NCBI GenBank assembly: GCA_041690135.1
Contig: JAWLHY010000001.1
Span: 1,312,001-1,376,000 of the forward strand
Source: Armatimonadota bacterium
GTDB lineage: Bacteria; Armatimonadota; SYMT01
Direction: 5' to 3'
Length of the DNA: 64,000 nucleotides
The notes below the pieces were generated by a model. The model was not told the origin of the DNA. It saw only the letters and a list, made by a program, of their open reading frames with translations, and searched no databases. The translations under genes were made by a program, and so were the position numbers. The first letter of the stretch is position 1; the number at the start of each line of letters is the position of its first letter. This document shows positions 1 through 10,070 of this stretch, piece by piece.

Positions 1-2
1 TC

Positions 3-752
3 ATGGCTCCCGCCGCCATTGCGATGACCGTTTCCGCCTTCGCCGGCACGGGGGTCGGAGGCGGCGAGTTGATGAGCTACACCTATTGGTGTGTGGAGAA
101 GGGCTACGCCCGCTACGCCGGCGAGTCGGACGGTAGTGACGCCTGGGTGAAGCGGGCGCGCGGCTGGATACGCGTGATGCAGATTGATGTGTGGATGGCC
201 ACTGCGGTTTTCACCGCGGGTACGCTGGCCTTTTTCTGGTTGGGCGCGGGAATTCTGCATCCCCAGGGGAAGGTACCCAGCAATAACGAGCTGATCTCCA
301 CCATTCAGCAGATCTACATCCAGTCGCTGGGTCCCTGGGCTTCCGGGCTGTTCCTGCTCGGCAGCTTCTTTGTTCTGTATTCTACGATTTTCTCCGGCAC
401 CGCGGGCACCAGCCGCATGTATGCCGATGTGCTGGGTGTGCTGAAGATCGTGGACTTTAGCGACTTCCAGGCGCGAATGAAGTGGATCCGGATCTTTACC
501 GTGGCCGTGCCGACCATCCAGACGATCGTCTTTGCACTCAAGGCGGAACCGAAAACGATGCTGGTATTCAGCGCGATCGCTAACGGAATGTTGGTTCCGG
601 TAATCGCCTTCAGCACGATCTGGCTACGTTATCGCCTCACGGATAAGCGCATCCGGCCGTCCCTGTTTAGCGATATCCTGCTCTGGATCTGTGCGTTCAT
701 CATCCTCGCCGTATCCGCGGTGTTTCTGAAACAGAAGGTCTTCGGAGGTTAG
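3..752 (+). CDS. NRAMP-like/APC-fold secondary transporter (5'-truncated by window edge)
   Basis: Multiple TM helices; GxxGVGxxE..Y.YW..EKGYAR motif typical of an uncharacterised NRAMP-like family. Confidence 0.7.
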   Translation: MAPAAIAMTVSAFAGTGVGGGELMSYTYWCVEKGYARYAGESDGSDAWVKRARGWIRVMQIDVWMATAVFTAGTLAFFWLGAGILHPQGKVPSNNELISTIQQIYIQSLGPWASGLFLLGSFFVLYSTIFSGTAGTSRMYADVLGVLKIVDFSDFQARMKWIRIFTVAVPTIQTIVFALKAEPKTMLVFSAIANGMLVPVIAFSTIWLRYRLTDKRIRPSLFSDILLWICAFIILAVSAVFLKQKVFGG

Positions 753-758
753 TCACCT

Positions 759-1748
759 GTGAGGTTCATCGTTTACGGCGCTGGCGGAATCGGTGCCGCT
801 ATGGGCGCCTTCCTGCACGAAAGTGGACAGGAGTCTGTGCTCATCGCGCGCGGAGAGCACCTCCGCCGTATTCAGGCGGAAGGCCTCACCCTCATCACGG
901 GTGAGGGGCGGAGCGTGGTGCGCGTCCCGGCCGTGGGACATCCCGGCGAGCTGGAGCCGCGGCCGGACGATGTGGTGCTGCTCACGATGAAAGCGCAGGA
1001 CACGGAACTGGCGCTCCGGGACCTCCGCGATACCGTGGGCGACCCGTGGAACACGCCGGTCTTCTGTGTCCAGAACTGCCTCGCCAACGAACGGATGGCG
1101 GCACGCTACTTCGCCCACGTGTACGGCGTGATGATCGTGATTCCCGGTGTCTACCTGGAGCCGGGAGTTGTCTTCAACCCCATCGCGGGGAATCACGGCT
1201 ACATGGACGTGGGCTGCTATCCAAGTGGTATCGACTCGAGGGTGGAAATGTTCGTAGAGGCCGTCCGGCGGGCCGGGTACGCCGCCAACCCCCACCCCGA
1301 CGTGTTGGGTCCCAAGGCCGCGAAGTTCCTGGGCAACCTGGAGAACGCCATGGGCGCCATCACGGACGGCCGGGGGGATTCGGGCCCCTACATGGCGGAG
1401 GCCCGGCGGGAAGCGATCGAGTGCCTCCGCGCGGCCGGTCACCCCCTGGAAGACCACGAGTCGTACGCCGCTCGCCGCAAGGCCCACCGGGGCACCGACG
1501 TGGAGCTACCCGAAACGCGCGGCAACCGTGGGTCGAGCTGGCAGAGCCTCAAACGCGGCCAGGGAACCATCGAGGTGGATTTCCTCAATGGTGAGGTGGT
1601 GCTCCTCGGCCGTCTCCACGGCATTCCCACCCCCTTCAACGCCGTCCTCCAGCGCGTCGCCAACTCCATGGCCCGCAACCGCCAGCAGCCCGGCCTCTAC
1701 GCCGCCGAAGACCTCTGGCAAATGGCAACCGCCCAGGGAACCGCCTGA
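759..1748 (+). CDS. Ketopantoate reductase (ApbA/PanE) family protein
   Basis: N-terminal GAGGIG, IARGEHL, MKAQDT, VQN; catalytic-type K (KFLGN) and E (EVDFLNG). Confidence 0.85.
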   Translation: MRFIVYGAGGIGAAMGAFLHESGQESVLIARGEHLRRIQAEGLTLITGEGRSVVRVPAVGHPGELEPRPDDVVLLTMKAQDTELALRDLRDTVGDPWNTPVFCVQNCLANERMAARYFAHVYGVMIVIPGVYLEPGVVFNPIAGNHGYMDVGCYPSGIDSRVEMFVEAVRRAGYAANPHPDVLGPKAAKFLGNLENAMGAITDGRGDSGPYMAEARREAIECLRAAGHPLEDHESYAARRKAHRGTDVELPETRGNRGSSWQSLKRGQGTIEVDFLNGEVVLLGRLHGIPTPFNAVLQRVANSMARNRQQPGLYAAEDLWQMATAQGTA

Positions 1749-1790
1749 TCCGCGAATATCGCGAATGAAGCGAATGGGAAGGGGTGGTTA

Positions 1791-2375
1791 GGTGTTCGGG
1801 CACCCCTGTGGGGCGTAAATGTTCGGGTGTTCGGGTGTTCAGGCTGTCAGGCAACGAAAACGGTAGTCATGGCGAGGAGCGATAGACCCGCAGCAACTTC
1901 CTCGTGCCTGATGAGTCTACCGCCGAAGCAACAGGCTTCCTGAACCATTACCCGTAAGCGACCCTATGCTCTGCCGGGCAGGCGTGGCCAGCCCCCTGGT
2001 CAGGGCACCCGTCATTGTTCGGAACTCTTTATCCTTATCCACCCCGCCCTCTGGTCAGGGCAGTCGTCCTTACCCGGGATCCTAATCCAAATCCTCGTCC
2101 TAATCCACCCCGCCCCCTGGTCAGGGCACCCGTCATTACTCGGGACTCTTTATCCTTATCTACTCGATTCTTATCCACTCGATCCTCATCCACCCCACCC
2201 CCTGGTCAGGGCAATTACTCTCGACTGGTAAGACAAAACGAAACGGTCCGCCACAGCACCAAGCTGCAGCGGACCGTACGTATTCTGGGTTGCAGACCAG
2301 GCATTCAGGACTTCCAGGCGAGCGTTTTCAGATCATAGCGCCTGAACACCTGAACACCCGACTACCTGAACACCC
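1791..2375. repeat. Inverted (GTGTTCRG)n / (CCTGAACA)n octamer arms bounding the intergenic region
   Basis: 1820-1843 tgttcgggtgttcgggtgttcagg matches the reverse complement of 2349-2372 at 21/24. Confidence 0.75.
1992..2212. repeat. Four direct copies of CCC(C/T)CTGGTCAGGGCA hairpin separated by low-complexity ATCCTY-like tracts
   Basis: Copies near 1992, 2047, 2113, 2197; copies 1 and 3 continue with nearly identical sequence. Confidence 0.85.
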
Positions 2376-2984
2376 TTATCCCAGGTACCCCTTCTCTTCC
2401 AGGTACGCAATGATCACCGCCAGCGACTCTTCGACCGTCTGGGTCTCGGTGTTCACTACCACTTCCGGGTTCTCGGGGGCTTCGTAGGGGGCGGAGATGC
2501 CGGTGAACTCCTTGATCTGGCCGGCGCGCGCCTTGGCGTACAGGCCCTTCGTGTCACGCTTCTCGCACTCATCCACGGAAGCCTGCACGTAGACCTCGAT
2601 GAAATCCCCTTCCTTCTGGCTGGCGCGGGCGCGGTCTCGGTCCTCGCGGTAAGGGGAGATGAAGGCGGTGGTGTTGATGATGCCGGCGTCCGTGAACAGG
2701 CGGGCCACCTCGCCGATGCGGCGGATGTTCTCGGTGCGGTCCTCCGGCGAGAAACCGAGGTCCTTGTTGAGGCCGTGGCGGATGTTGTCGCCGTCCAGCA
2801 CGTACGAGCGGACCCCGCGCTGCCACAGGGCGTCATCAAGGGCGTTGGCGAGGGTCGACTTACCGGAGCCGGAGAGTCCGGTCATCCAGACGGTGCACCC
2901 GCGGTGCCCAAACTTCTTCTCGCGCTCATCGCGGCTCACCGTGTGGGCGTGCCACACGATGTTGGTCGACTTGGTTTCAGACAT
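2376..2984 (-). CDS. cysC: Adenylyl-sulfate kinase
   Basis: [13 protein letters not shown]-loop, [28 protein letters not shown]. Confidence 0.97.
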   Translation of the reverse strand: MSETKSTNIVWHAHTVSRDEREKKFGHRGCTVWMTGLSGSGKSTLANALDDALWQRGVRSYVLDGDNIRHGLNKDLGFSPEDRTENIRRIGEVARLFTDAGIINTTAFISPYREDRDRARASQKEGDFIEVYVQASVDECEKRDTKGLYAKARAGQIKEFTGISAPYEAPENPEVVVNTETQTVEESLAVIIAYLEEKGYLG

Positions 2985-3201
2985 TCTTCCGTGTTCCTTC
3001 CTGGTGGGAGACAACCCACCCACCTCCGGCTTCGCCAGGCGGGGAGCCCACGCGGCGGCAAGGGCGGGTGGTGAATTGAAAGCGGGTGGTGGAAACTGCA
3101 AATCGGAGGGGCGCCATGCACCCCAGGGGACGCCGTCCGGGTTTGGTGATCCGGCGCCCTGAAAGTATATCCCACCCTGTCCGGCGACAAGGTTGGGCAG
3201 T

Positions 3202-3253
3202 TCCTACTCCTAACTCTTACTCCTACTCTTACTTCTACTCTTACTCCTACTCC
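3202..3253. repeat. Hexamer tandem repeat (TACTCY)n
   Basis: tcctactcctaactcttactcctactcttacttctactcttactcctactcc. Confidence 0.85.
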
Positions 3254-3457
3254 CACCACTGGGCTAGGAACCGCATACGGTCCTTCCGCCGTGTAACTAT
3301 AAGAGCTGGCTCTCTCTGATTGGTTCTTTCTGGCTCTCCTGTCGGCCTGGTGGTTAATTCGGGTTTCGGATCTGCTGCGCTGTGTCTAGCGGTGCCCATC
3401 GGCCGATAGACTAAGAAGAAGAGGCCGGGAGAGATCCATCCGCCGCCACGTTTCATC

Positions 3458-5299
3458 ATGCGCTTTTCCAAGGACAAGAAGAGTTTCCGCATCACCGCTA
3501 CCGCAGGTCGTCCCGCACGGGATGCCTCCGCACTGACCGCTGCCGCCGGCGGGCTCCTCGCCCTGCTGGCCACGATCCCCGCCGCGCCCGTGGCGGCCGC
3601 TCCGCCCGCGAAGCGCGCGCCACGCAAGGTGTCGCGACCGGCGAAGAAGGCCGCGCCGGCGCCCAAGCCGGTCCAGCCACGCCGGGTGCTGGATATCGAG
3701 AAACTGCGGGCCGTGGAGGTCGGCAGGTACCCCAATTCCGTACAGACCTGTGACGTGTTAGTGGTCGGAGGGAGCCTGGGGGGCGTGGCGGCCGCGGAAG
3801 CGCTGGCCAAAAAGGGCCATACGGTGATCCTGACGGAGCCGACCTCCATGCTGGGTGGCCAGTTGACTTCGCAGGCCGTGACCTGTCCGGATGAAAACGC
3901 CTACATCGAGCGGAACCCGGGGGTCGGGACCCGCGCTTATCGGCAGCTGCGCGAGCAGTTCCGAAGCAAGTATGCCGCCATGCCCGGGATCAAGCCGGGG
4001 CGCTCTAACAGCGTAGGCGCCTGTTGGGTCAGCCGCACCTCCGGTGAGCCCACGGTGTGGGAACAGGTCATCCGGGAGCGCCTGCAGGCTGTTACGGGAC
4101 CGGCTGGTATCCGCCAGATTTTGACGCGCAATCAGTTGATTCAGGTCAGCCGCCACCCGCACAACGATCGCTACCATTATGCCGACTTCGTGAACCTGGA
4201 CACCGGTCGCATCACCCGCGTAGTGGCCCATTATCTCCTCGACGCCACGGAGATGGGCGATGGGCTCGAGGCCGCGGAGATGCCCTGGCGCGTGGGAGCC
4301 GAGGCGCGCTCCGAATACAACGAGACGCACGCGCCGGAGAAGGCCCGGCAGGACTGGATTCAGAGCTTCACCTACTGCTTCAACGTCCGCTGGCAGCCCG
4401 AGGGTCCACACCGGATTGTGGAGAAGCCGGCCGAGTACGACTACTTCAAGTCGCTCGGCGAGTACACGCTCGGGTACGACTACATCGATCGCGGCCGGAT
4501 CTACTACAAGGTGTTCGGTCGGGTGCCGGGAGGCGGCGGTCCCTTCTGGAGCTATCGCCGGATCATCGCCGCGTCCTCCTTTTCGGGCAATCCGAAGTAC
4601 GCCCAGGACGTCGCCCTCATCAACTGGCGCGGCAACGATTTCCACGAGGAGAACCCGATCGGGAAGCCGCTGGATGAGCAGATCCGCATCCTGAAGCGCG
4701 CCAAGGCGTTCGCGCAGGGCTTCCTCTACTGGCTCCAGACGGAATGCCCGCGCGATGACGGCGGCTACGGCTACCCGGAGATGCAGCTCGCCCCCGACAC
4801 GATGGGGAGCGCGGACGGTTTTGCGCTGCATCCCTACATCCGCGAGTCGCGCCGGCTGGTGGCGGAGTTCATGATGAACGAAAACCACCTCGCGCCCGAC
4901 CCGAACAATCCGGACAAGAAGTGGGGTGAGGAATTCCCGGATACCGTGGGCATCGCGCTCTACTCGATGGACATCCACCCGTCCAAAGGAGAGCCGCCGT
5001 TCCTTAGCCGCGCCCTTCCCTACCACATCCCACTGGGGTCCTTCATTCCGAAGGAAGGCGCCGCCAACGTGCTGCCGGCCTCCAAGAACTTTGGGGCGAC
5101 GCGGTTGGCCCTAAGCTCGGCTCGGATGCACCCGACCGAGTGGCTGGCCGGCGAAGTGGCGGGAGAACTGGCGGGTTTCTGCGTGCGGAAACAGGTGCAG
5201 CCAAGCCAGGTCCGGAACACGCCCGCCTTGCTGGCGGAGTTCCAGTCGCTGCTGCAAAGCGAGGGTCATCCCCTCCGGTGGCGGGACATCATCCAGTAA
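3458..5299 (+). CDS. FAD-dependent oxidoreductase, probably exported (start uncertain)
   Basis: DVLVVGGSLGGVAAA, LGGQLTSQAV, LDATEMGD, PYIRESRR, SSARMHP; hydrophobic signal-like segment followed by Lys/Pro/Ala linker. Confidence 0.85.
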   Translation: MRFSKDKKSFRITATAGRPARDASALTAAAGGLLALLATIPAAPVAAAPPAKRAPRKVSRPAKKAAPAPKPVQPRRVLDIEKLRAVEVGRYPNSVQTCDVLVVGGSLGGVAAAEALAKKGHTVILTEPTSMLGGQLTSQAVTCPDENAYIERNPGVGTRAYRQLREQFRSKYAAMPGIKPGRSNSVGACWVSRTSGEPTVWEQVIRERLQAVTGPAGIRQILTRNQLIQVSRHPHNDRYHYADFVNLDTGRITRVVAHYLLDATEMGDGLEAAEMPWRVGAEARSEYNETHAPEKARQDWIQSFTYCFNVRWQPEGPHRIVEKPAEYDYFKSLGEYTLGYDYIDRGRIYYKVFGRVPGGGGPFWSYRRIIAASSFSGNPKYAQDVALINWRGNDFHEENPIGKPLDEQIRILKRAKAFAQGFLYWLQTECPRDDGGYGYPEMQLAPDTMGSADGFALHPYIRESRRLVAEFMMNENHLAPDPNNPDKKWGEEFPDTVGIALYSMDIHPSKGEPPFLSRALPYHIPLGSFIPKEGAANVLPASKNFGATRLALSSARMHPTEWLAGEVAGELAGFCVRKQVQPSQVRNTPALLAEFQSLLQSEGHPLRWRDIIQ

Positions 5300-5894
5300 C
5301 GGCGCGGCGGCGCGTGACGAGCCGTCTCAGAAAGACCAGGGTCAGCAGGCCCATAACGGTGTAGGCCACCGGGTCAACATACTGCTTGAAGCTCTCGTAG
5401 TTCTGGCCGAGTAGAAAGCCTGCATAGGTGAGCACCCAGGTCCAGAGGGCCGAGGCCAGGGTGGTGTAAAAGAGGAATACCGGAAGGCTTATCTCGCTGA
5501 GGCCGGCCGGGATGGAGATGCTGGAGCGGATACCGGGGGTGAGTCGGCACACGAAGATGACCACCCCCCCGTACTGCTTGAGCCAGCCTCGCGCCCTCCG
5601 GACGTCGTCCCGCGAAACGGTCAGCCATTTGCCGTAGCGGTCCGCCCACGCTTCGATCCGCTCCGCCCCGGCGAGGCGGCCGAGGAAGTAGAGCGGCAGC
5701 GTCCCCACGACGGAAGCCAGCGTGCCGACCAGCACCACCATCCAGAAGGAGAGGTCACCGCGCGCCGCGGCAAACCCCGCGAACGGCATGATCGACTCCG
5801 AAGGCACCGGCGGGAAAAGGTTTTCCAGGATCAGCAGCACGGCGATGCCCGGATAACCGAATGCCGTGACGATCTCGATTACGTTCTCCGCCAT
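5289..5894 (-). CDS. DedA family membrane protein
   Basis: LENLFPPVPSE, RLTPGIRSSISIPAG. Confidence 0.93.
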   Translation of the reverse strand: MAENVIEIVTAFGYPGIAVLLILENLFPPVPSESIMPFAGFAAARGDLSFWMVVLVGTLASVVGTLPLYFLGRLAGAERIEAWADRYGKWLTVSRDDVRRARGWLKQYGGVVIFVCRLTPGIRSSISIPAGLSEISLPVFLFYTTLASALWTWVLTYAGFLLGQNYESFKQYVDPVAYTVMGLLTLVFLRRLVTRRRAVTG

Positions 5895-5989
5895 CCGCCC
5901 CTCGCTCGCTCACCGTGGATACTTTCACGATTGGTCGCATTGTAGCGAGCGGAGCGCGTCACCCGCAAGGTCCCGAATGGGACTCTGGG

Positions 5990-6961
5990 TTAATAACGCC
6001 GGCACACGTTGAGCAACTGCTGGCGGATGGCCGGCTCACTCGGTGCGCCCCGGCTCAGCCAGAAAGTCAATAGCGCGCACTCATGGGCGTCGATGCGCTT
6101 GGGCACCACCGTGCGTCCCCCGGCGGCCCGGTAGGCCTGCAGCACCAGGTTGCGCCCGTTGAGGAGGCCGAAGAGCTTGCGATAGCCGCGGAACAGCACA
6201 GCGAAGTCGTAGGCCGGATCTCCGATGCGCGCGAACTCCCAGTCCACGACCGCCGGCTTGGCTTCGGCGGTATAGAGCGGGTGGATGATGTTCTGCGGCA
6301 GCGGATCTCCGTGGATCACACAGGGGGGCTGGTCGGGATCGCGAAGCATCAACTCCATGAATCTTACCGCGCGCTGGGCATCGCGGTCGCGCTCCAGGAA
6401 CTTCTCCGGGATCCGGGAGAGCTCCGCGCGGAGATGGGCCTGGCGCGACTCGTAGCCGTGAAGGTGCTCGAACTGTTCGGCCGGTAGACGGTGAATGGCG
6501 GCCAGGCCGCGACCGATCAACTCGCACAGCTCCTCCGCCCGGGGCCGCAGGATCTTTTCATCCAGGGCCAGGCCCGGACAGGCGGTCATCAACAGGGCCG
6601 GCTGTCCGCCGAACTCGGGTGCCTCTTCCTCGAACAGTACGCAGCGCGGCGCGGAGAAATCGCCCAGTTGCCCTTCCAGGCGGCGGAGCGTTTCCGCCTC
6701 TTTGATCATAGACTGTTTGATCGAGGATCCGGGGTTGTCTCGATAGCACACGGCATCCCCAGGAAGCCGCAGCAGGTAGTACTGGTCGTTATCTAGCGCG
6801 TCGGTTTCCCGCACTCCCACCAGAAAGTTGTGGTGGTTGATCCCGGCAAACCGGGTGAAGCGCTCTTCGATTGTGAGCTGCGGACTGTTAGTGATCCGCC
6901 GCAGCCAGTTCTGCGCGCGCGCTCGGATCTGCCAGGCCTGCCAGTTATTGCCGACGTTCAT
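5990..6961 (-). CDS. Aminoglycoside phosphotransferase (APH/choline kinase) family protein
   Basis: Brenner-type HGDPLPQN and DWEFARIGDPAYD motifs. Confidence 0.85.
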   Translation of the reverse strand: MNVGNNWQAWQIRARAQNWLRRITNSPQLTIEERFTRFAGINHHNFLVGVRETDALDNDQYYLLRLPGDAVCYRDNPGSSIKQSMIKEAETLRRLEGQLGDFSAPRCVLFEEEAPEFGGQPALLMTACPGLALDEKILRPRAEELCELIGRGLAAIHRLPAEQFEHLHGYESRQAHLRAELSRIPEKFLERDRDAQRAVRFMELMLRDPDQPPCVIHGDPLPQNIIHPLYTAEAKPAVVDWEFARIGDPAYDFAVLFRGYRKLFGLLNGRNLVLQAYRAAGGRTVVPKRIDAHECALLTFWLSRGAPSEPAIRQQLLNVCRRY

Positions 6962-7040
6962 GGAGCACTACCCTACACTGCCGCGTACGCGCGCGGACTG
7001 CTGTAACATTGCCCCTGCGAGGGCTATAATCCAGGTTGAG

Positions 7041-7964
7041 ATGCCGGAAGGAGACACACTCTATCGAACCGCGGTCACTCTGCGGAAGGCGCTGCTGGGT
7101 CGCGAGGTGACGCGCTTTGAGACTTCCGTGGAAACGGTTGCGGTCGTCGATCGAAATACTCCCGTGGCGGGGCGCACGATCTCGGGAGTGGAGGCGCGAG
7201 GAAAGCACCTCCTGATCACGCTCGCCCCATCGGAAGGTGCCGCACACCCGCCGGTAGAGCAATCCTCGATCCCTATTCCTTCTGTCGGCATGCCGGACCT
7301 TCACCAACCGGGCGACCCCGTCCTGGTTTTGCACACCCACTTGCGCATGACGGGGTCGTGGCACATCTACCGACCCGGGGAGCGCTGGCAGAAGCCCGAG
7401 CGATACGCAAAGGTCGTCCTCTACACAGAGGCGTTCGTCGCGCCCTGCTTCAGCGCACCTGTCGTGGAGTTACTGACCGAGCGTCAGGCTAGTCGCCATC
7501 CGGACCTGGTGGAGCTCGGCCCCGATGCAATGACGGACGAATTCGATTCGGAGGAGGCGTTTGCGCGCCTGCGGCGCCACCCGGACGTCCCCATCGGCGT
7601 CGCCCTCATGAACCAGCGTTTGATGTCCGGCGTGGGCAACGTCTACAAGAGCGAGGTCCTCTTCACCCAGCGCGTCTCTCCGTTTGCGCTGGTGCGCGAC
7701 CTGGGAGATGCGACCCTGCGCGCGCTCATCGCCGAATCCAACCGCCTGCTTCGCCTCAACCGCGGAAGGACCGTCCGCCGCACCGTCTTCGGCTTGAGTG
7801 AGCACGACCGCCTTTGGGCCTATGGCCGCAGCGGACAACCCTGTCGGGTCTGCGGGGATACCATTCGCATGCGCCGTCAGGGCACCGATGCCCGCTCCAC
7901 CTACTTCTGCCCCCGCTGCCAGTCCGCTCCGGTCGCGAAGGAACAGGATGGACAGGATGAATAG
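7041..7964 (+). CDS. nei: Fpg/Nei family DNA glycosylase (endonuclease VIII-like)
   Basis: N-terminal MPEGD, RGKHL, HLRMTGSW, H2TH GVGNVYKSE, C-terminal Zn finger CRVC..CPRCQ. Confidence 0.93.
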   Translation: MPEGDTLYRTAVTLRKALLGREVTRFETSVETVAVVDRNTPVAGRTISGVEARGKHLLITLAPSEGAAHPPVEQSSIPIPSVGMPDLHQPGDPVLVLHTHLRMTGSWHIYRPGERWQKPERYAKVVLYTEAFVAPCFSAPVVELLTERQASRHPDLVELGPDAMTDEFDSEEAFARLRRHPDVPIGVALMNQRLMSGVGNVYKSEVLFTQRVSPFALVRDLGDATLRALIAESNRLLRLNRGRTVRRTVFGLSEHDRLWAYGRSGQPCRVCGDTIRMRRQGTDARSTYFCPRCQSAPVAKEQDGQDE

Positions 7965-7985
7965 GATGAGGGTTCTTCCCGCACC

Positions 7986-8384
7986 TTAACCGTTTGCCAC
8001 TGGCGCCAGCAGGTTTGCATCCCGTGCCAGCACCCACCGTCCATTCTCCTTCTTCATCACGGACAGCGTGTGCCCGGCCCGCGTCATCGAAGCCGCACCG
8101 CCCGGCGGGGTCACTACCACTTTGAGCCGGGTCCACATGAATGCCCAGTCCCCCACCACCTGGATTTCCTGAATCTCGCTGGTGCCCTCGAACTTCGGCC
8201 CGTCCGCGCCCGCGTGGGATCGCGCCGCCGCCTCGAAGTCGGCCTTCCGCATCACCGGCTGCCCCGGGACCAGGAAGACCACGTCTTCCGCCATCAGGGA
8301 AAGCACCGTTTCGATATCCCCCGCCTGGCTCGCTTCCATCCAGGTGGATACAAGCTGCCGGATCTCCGCCTCATCACGCTCCAT
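7986..8384 (-). CDS. SgcJ/EcaC (SnoaL/NTF2-like) family protein
   Basis: IRQLVSTW..AGD..LMAEDVVFL..EIQV.GDWAF..GRWVLARDAN. Confidence 0.85.
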   Translation of the reverse strand: MERDEAEIRQLVSTWMEASQAGDIETVLSLMAEDVVFLVPGQPVMRKADFEAAARSHAGADGPKFEGTSEIQEIQVVGDWAFMWTRLKVVVTPPGGAASMTRAGHTLSVMKKENGRWVLARDANLLAPVANG

Positions 8385-8660
8385 CCTCAGAACTCCTTTG
8401 TACTTCGTAAGTATCCCGCCGTTCCGTGGGAATACTGCCCGGCACATACCGTCCCTGCAACTCTTCTCGCTGGTTCGTACCCATCATGCATTTTAGTGTG
8501 GATTCGCCGATTGCATCGGCGCTTTGCGATGATGCAATCGGACCCCGGCCTGGTAGGCGGCAATCTGGTCCTTATCCTAGGCTTCACCGTCTGTCGCTGT
8601 GATCTCATCACCTACACCTGCTCTGCCGTGAATTGGCCACGCCGGCAAGTGCCAGCCGCT

Positions 8661-8981
8661 TCAAGTAAGGTCTTCCAACTCGAACACAATCTCTCCCTCG
8701 GCCAGCCGCCGGAACTCTGCGTATTCGACCGCCCACCGCCGGGCCTCCGATGGGTAGGTTGTGGCCATGCTGAACATATGGACCTTTCGGTCGAGTTCCT
8801 TACGGATCCGTGCTGACAGCAGATCCACAGGCAGCCGTGAACATCGCGCACAGAGAAATCCCAGAATCCTGTCCCCGTGGCACACGGCCGGCGCCCTGCG
8901 GAACCCCTGTGTCTTTCCCTTACAGGCGAAGCACAGCGTGTTGAACCCGCAATGAGCGTAATGACTTCGGATCGCCAGCAT
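8661..8981 (-). CDS. Small hypothetical protein with two CxxC motifs (possible zinc ribbon)
   Basis: CFAC and CARC; AGAGGGAG RBS upstream of ATG; fills an otherwise empty intergenic gap. Confidence 0.5.
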   Translation of the reverse strand: MLAIRSHYAHCGFNTLCFACKGKTQGFRRAPAVCHGDRILGFLCARCSRLPVDLLSARIRKELDRKVHMFSMATTYPSEARRWAVEYAEFRRLAEGEIVFELEDLT

Positions 8982-9115
8982 GGCAATTACTCCCTCTTTT
9001 GGCGCGTCTGTGCGAGAATGGGAGATGATCTGCCTGCCCCACCACCGGCACTTCGCGGCCCTATCGGTTCCAGGTGGTCCGGATTTCGCATTACGCTACA
9101 CGCAATACCAAAACG

Positions 9116-9889
9116 ATGCCCATCTTCGAAACCCATTGCCATCTAAATAACCGCCAGTTCCAGGCCGACCGGGAAGCGGTCCTCGCGCGGGCTCAAGCCG
9201 CGGGCGTGGCAGAGTTTATGGAAATCGGCTACGACCTGGAATCCAGTCGCGCCGCGGTGGCTTTCGCCGATCCCGAGGCTGGAAGATACGCCGCCGTTGG
9301 GATTCATCCGCACGATGCAGCAAGCTGGAACCTGGAGGCCGAAGCCGAGCTGCGGCGCCTGGCGGCCCAGCCCGGAGTGGTCGCCATCGGCGAGATCGGC
9401 CTCGACTTCTACCGCAACCTTTCGCCCCGCGAGGCGCAGTTCACGGCGTTTCAGGCGCAACTCGAACTAGCGGCGGAGCTAGGGTTGCCGTTCGTCGTCC
9501 ACACCCGTGAATCGGTGACCCCCTCCCTGGACGTGCTGGAGCCTTTCGCCCAGCGGGGCGTCCGTGGGATCATGCATTGCTGGAGTGGAACAGCCGAGGA
9601 AGCTCGCCGGGCACGCGCCTTGGGGCTGATCCTGGGGATTGGCGGCGTGGTGACCTACAAGAATCCCGGTGAGCTCCCCCAGGCGGTGGCGGAAGCAGGG
9701 CTGGAAGAGCTGGTATTGGAGACGGACTGCCCCTACCTCTCGCCCATGCCGCACCGCGGCAAGCGGAATGAGCCCGCCAATCTTCCCCTGATCGCTATCC
9801 GGGTCGCCGAGATCCGCGGCATCAGCGTGGAAGAGGTCTGCGCCGGCACCACCCACACCGCCCGCTCCCTCCTCCTCCCCAGCCCATAA
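9116..9889 (+). CDS. tatD: TatD family hydrolase
   Basis: ETHCH, GIHPH, AIGEIGLD, HTRE, MHCWSG, LETDCPYL, RGKRNEP. Confidence 0.95.
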   Translation: MPIFETHCHLNNRQFQADREAVLARAQAAGVAEFMEIGYDLESSRAAVAFADPEAGRYAAVGIHPHDAASWNLEAEAELRRLAAQPGVVAIGEIGLDFYRNLSPREAQFTAFQAQLELAAELGLPFVVHTRESVTPSLDVLEPFAQRGVRGIMHCWSGTAEEARRARALGLILGIGGVVTYKNPGELPQAVAEAGLEELVLETDCPYLSPMPHRGKRNEPANLPLIAIRVAEIRGISVEEVCAGTTHTARSLLLPSP

Positions 9890-10020
9890 ATCCCAAGACC
9901 AACCCACCCCTCAGCCAACCTACTCTTACTCTTACTCCTACTCCACTCCACCCCCGCCCCCACACCCTCTCCCCCATCCTAATCGTAATCCTCATCTTAA
10001 TCGGCCGTAGGCACGATCCA

Positions 10021-10029
10021 TGGTATAAT
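10021..10029 (+). promoter_or_regulatory. Extended -10 promoter element (TGGTATAAT)
   Basis: TGn-TATAAT about 40 nt upstream of 10071. Confidence 0.55.
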
Positions 10030-10070
10030 GGGCCACTTCAATTGGGGTTTCGAAAGTCAGCGGTGCAACC

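Noticed and set aside
1992-2212. CRISPR array
   Set aside because: Repeats are only ~16-23 nt; spacers are of unequal length, low complexity and similar to each other; no cas genes in the window.
2985-3170. SAM riboswitch upstream of cysC
   Set aside because: Hairpins are present but the SAM-I core (AUC..GAG..GCAACC..GUGC..GAU) was not found by eye.
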